NCBI RefSeq assembly: GCF_037042905.1 | Contig: NC_087247.1 | Coordinates: forward strand, 11,418,148 to 11,482,147 | From: Lytechinus pictus | Lineage: Eukaryota | DNA: 64,000 bases | Reading direction: 5' to 3' | In this document: positions 59,931-64,000 of the stretch, piece by piece | How the letters are laid out: each line of letters begins with the position of its first letter | How positions within the stretch are numbered: position 1 is the first letter of the stretch | The notes under the pieces: generated by a model | Seen by the model: only the letters and a program-made list of their open reading frames with translations | The model's database searches: none | Told to the model about the DNA's origin: nothing | Program-made: the position numbers and the translations under genes

Positions 59931-61574
59931 ATTTCAGGGAAACCATGTTTTGTGCTTCTTTCTTCATTGTGATTCTTCCAACCTTCCTTTTAAACACTTA
60001 TTAAAATTTTCAGAAGATATCATGTAGTCCGACTGTGGCAAACTATTTTTAGTTTCCATCAGTTTCAAGTGCAAGTGCTCACAATGGTGGCAGTCTCCTG
60101 CGTTAATTTATTACATATTTTTAATGAAAGAAATGTTTATACTTCACATCAGTGTCTTGTCGTCCTTAGATATAACAGCTGAATTATTTATATTAATTTT
60201 ATTATTGATTGATTTAGTTAGTCGAGATTGCATAATGTTAATACATTTTATACATATATTGTATTGTTTGAGTGCAGAAATAAAAGCAAACAGACAAACA
60301 AGAAAAATTGTCCACATGTCATGCTATGGGATGCTCTTACACTACCTACATCTGTTTTGCTTCATTATCTAATAATCATCTTTATTGCATGTGCATTATA
60401 TACTTTATGATTTCCTGACCAAGTCTCCCCTTTCCTTCCAAATGAGCAGATGGAGGTGATAGATGCAAATTTGTTATTTCTTATTGATTAGTTCCTATTT
60501 CTGTGTCAATATTAAGAGTGGTTTATAAGAGTAGATTATCAAAAAAATTCTCATTTGAGAGATACATCTTCATCTATGGATGTCATATCATATCCTTGGA
60601 CTCACATAAAACAAAGTGTTTTTGTTGTTGGTGTTGCTGTTTTCCGTCGTTTTTTTTTCTTTTATTCAATATTTTTTTAGGATGAGCACTCTAAAATCAG
60701 AGACAAGCTTACAATATTATATCATGATTGGTTCATTTGGTTATTTTGGAGTCATCTGATAAAGAGTTGACTGAGCATTTGTCCTTGTGATGACGTTGTA
60801 GATATCATATTTTTGTTATTTTTCTGATGAAGCAAGATCATAGGAATATGATATATAAATTGATTTCTTTATTTTTTTTGGGGGGGATGGGGGAAGCATT
60901 CTAAAAGGTCAATAGAAAACTGAGGGAACAATGCAAGGCTGCATTCCCAATTTCGAACACAACATATTGTCATGATGATAATATGCAACATTTATATAGT
61001 GCTTATTAAGACATTTCTAAGTGCTGCACACTATTTCCCCTGCTATAGCACATCTAACACTCCACCTGGGTGGAGTACGGCAAATTTAGATCTACACCTT
61101 CATTTTCTCCCTCCATTATATGCTACATACCTCTCCAGGAGATGTGTATACTGTATATATACATTTACACTATATCTTTTTAATGGAAATCCAGAATAAT
61201 ATATCTGTCATGATGCTTAATATATTACTTTATGCAGTGTCAACTACATGTACTTTGATGTGTGGGGAGCATCGGAAGTTGCCCAAAGAAACAAGAATTA
61301 CATAACCAAGTTCAAACCTGTTTCTAATTTCTAACAAATGCTGAAGTAACATTTTTAATCAGACAGACAAAGCGAGTTCACCTTTTCCCTGGAAGATATA
61401 TTCATGTGGTGGTTGCTGACCACAGCTTGTACAAATAAAGAATCAACAATTATCAACAGTTCTGTGCATTCAAACTATAGCATTGTCCTATTTGTGAATG
61501 TTCCTGTACCTCAAACTTCTGCTGAAACTTTGACACCGTTCTCACTACCTTCCTAAAATTAGTTTACTGGAAAC

Positions 61575-61990
61575 TAGTTTAGTGGAAACTAGTTTAACAT
61601 GTGAGTGAGAACGGTCGAAGCGATCTTCCATACCGGTTCAGAAAACCACCTCGTGATGCACATGTAGTTTTCAAGATCGCTTTGCCTTGTTAAACTGGTT
61701 TTAGCAAGCGTGAGGACACAACCGTTCTTCGGGAAGCGATCTTTGCACATTTTGAGCGCGCTACTCCACACGACAGGTGTAGAATGCTTACGCTGCGGTT
61801 TCAAATTTCGCGCAAAATGTATCACCCCACTGAGAGCATTTCCATAGCAACAAGATCGCTTTATGTGAAGTGATTTTGAAAAGCACTTTCGTGTGATAAA
61901 GTGGGAACGCTAGCAAAGCGATCTTCCAAACTGGTTTCCTGAATCAGTTTCCAGTAAACTAGTTTTAGAAAGCGTAATGAGAACAGTGTC
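61575..61990. mobile_element. IR-flanked element with internal AAGCGATCTT(C/T) sub-repeats
   Basis: Termini ctggaaactagtttagtggaaactagtttaacatgtgagtgagaacggtc at 61577 and ccagtaaactagttttagaaagcgtaatgagaacagtgtc at 61950. Six internal gaagcgatcttcc / aagatcgctttg motifs in both orientations. Confidence 0.6.
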
Positions 61991-63306
61991 TTTGTCTTTG
62001 GGATAACAATAAATGTAGCTCAACAAATCAAAGTTAATGACACAAAGGGAATGGAAATTAGGGCCTAACCTTTATTGTGGCAGCTGCTCAAGTCACAAGA
62101 CCAAACACAAATTAATCCCTAACCCCTCGTAACCCGCAAGGATCCGACACGGCTCTGTCATCTCACAAAGATCGTGGTGTAATGAAAGCAAATTTCCTGG
62201 ATGTTTAACCAATCATCCGTTCAGATCTAGTACTGCGTTCCAGAGAGAGGAAATTAGGCTACATTACATGTTCAAGAGGGGGGCTTTAGAGATAAAGGGG
62301 GTGATAATCCCTAAGAAAAACTCATATGGGGTGCTGCCACCCCCCCCCCCCCCTTCCCTTTCCCTTTCATAAGTATGAACATGAATTTTTTTAGCTCAAT
62401 GGTATGAATAAATACTTTGATACACAGTTTTGATGGATAGCATATATTTTACACAATATTTATGTAATGATATGCATGTATACTGTACAGGTGTATATAT
62501 AAGTCAGTCTCTAAATTTATGTATTATAGTACCTCCAGAGGGGGGGCATCAAAGTCCACCCCCCCCCCCCCATTTTCTTGGATGGGACTGATGAATCACG
62601 AATCAGTACAGTATGTTTTTAACATTTCGGAACAAGATTGTGACACTATATTTGATAATTTGGTTGACTACATATTGTAAAATTTCAACTGAATTTGTTG
62701 GAGATGCAGCATAGGTGTACTATATTGGTGCATTTTTGTGACTGAGTCTATAAAGAATACCAACTGACTTTGTTTTAATCAACTTGACAGAAATATTATC
62801 CAAAATAACTTTTCCCATATTTTACACTTTTTAATATTAACAATAGCTGGTTATGGTTTTTATACTTCAATACATGTAGGCCCTACATCTTTAAGACATT
62901 TTACCCAAGCCCACTTGTTTACTCTAGGATTTTAAGTATTTCTTTAATAGTAATTCGTATCTGGGGAGTGTTTCATGAAGCATTCGTCTGTGATTTTCAA
63001 TAATAAATGTGTTCTTAGCCAATCAGATGCAAGGATTTCAGTAGCTTGTAACACATAGTGAAATTCATTATTTGTTTTATGAAAGGCTCCCCAGCTGATA
63101 AAAGCTGTTGATACAGATGTACATTTATTTCAATGGCAAAAAATAAAGAATGTCAGTAATGTCTAATATTCAGTTGCAAAATATTAATCATCGTAAATCA
63201 TAGAGAATTCAAGGAGCTGAAAAGGATGGGTGCTGCTTTTAATAATAATAATAATAATAGTCATTGTACATGTATAGCGCATAATACATTATGAATAACG
63301 TCTCTA

Positions 63307-63531
63307 TGCCCTTCCAAAGGACTTGGATATTATTACCCCGGCTTTAGCTAGGCGCTCCAGCATTCAAGGAATTTCTTCCTACCGGGTACCCATTCGCCTC
63401 ACTTGGGTTGAGTGCAGCACAATGTGGATAAATTTCTTGCTGAAGGAAATTACGCCATGGCTGGGATTCAAACCCACGACCCTCTGTTTCAAAGTCAGAA
63501 GACTAATCCACGTGGCCACAACGCTCCACAC
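63307..63531 (-). mobile_element. tRNA-derived SINE, family C (minus)
   Basis: Reverse complement of the 49211 copy: ...ccccggctttagctagg...gccatggctgggattcaaacccacgaccctctgtttcaaagtcagaagactaatccacgtggccacaacgctccaca. Confidence 0.85.
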
Positions 63532-64000
63532 TTAATTGTGCAAAGTGATGATGTACATTTAGCTAACATCCTTTATGCATTAAGAAGGTGATATCGGATA
63601 TCAAAATATGGGAAAAGTTAATTATTAGAGGACAGAGATGGGGAAACACAGCGGTATCGGAAGCATGTTTATGGGCTCATGTGACGGAAACAGGAAAACT
63701 AAGGATTTGGTGAAAATCTGTTTGGATGTGTGTCAAATTCCTCAGTATATTCACAGGAAATTATTGTTTGATGATAGCTGTGGAATTATGGGTAGAATGA
63801 AAATATGACCTAACTTTTACGATTACTCATTTGTTGTTTCCTCTTAAATATTCATTTTGATTTTTTTTCTTTCTTGTTTGTTTTCTTCTTTAGATTGTGT
63901 GTTTCTTTCCTGTTTATTTATATTTATAAAGATTGTCATCTTAATCTTTACCTTTTCTATTAATTTTTGCTAATTTTCATTGATTTTTTTAATACTGTAT

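Noticed and set aside
59061-64000. Further TEP1 C-terminal exons
   Set aside because: No WD40-like or TEP1-like coding segment with plausible splice sites was found. The sequence is repeats (foldback fragment, IR element, SINE) and AT-rich spacer. The 3' exons probably lie beyond the window.

Overview
This is eukaryotic genomic DNA, and the repeat content suggests an echinoderm, possibly a sea urchin (low confidence). One large plus-strand gene dominates the window: an ortholog of TEP1, the telomerase-associated / vault protein component 1. I traced 47 coding exons between 4872 and 59060, all GT-AG except one GC-AG intron, with reading phase continuous across every junction. Translated exons match human TEP1 in order: a Ser-rich N-terminal region, the TROVE domain (exons 2-12, e.g. 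LPFMAMLRNL and QFPFRF), a DUF4062-like segment ([18 protein letters not shown]), the NACHT NTPase (Walker A GKQGCGKT, Walker B LIIVIDG), and a long run of WD40 repeats. The 3' end of the gene is not seen and probably lies beyond the window. The introns are full of repeats: two tRNA-derived SINE families, at least four MITE families with recognisable TIRs, foldback (TU-like) elements with long inverted terminal repeats and internal tandem repeats, 144-190 bp satellite arrays, and (ATG/CAT)n microsatellites. The most unusual points are a 6-copy tandem array of the P-loop exon fragment with its donor site, several small tandem duplications of exon edges, and a foldback element whose internal repeats each carry AGGTCAAAGGTCA (nuclear-receptor DR1) sites. 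Also notable are a CpG-rich intronic island with five repeats of a GCGTGGCGC motif, strong GC3 differences between exons, and an intronic 152-aa ORF. There is no prokaryotic-style content (no operons, no CRISPR). The 5' ~4.8 kb has no convincing gene.
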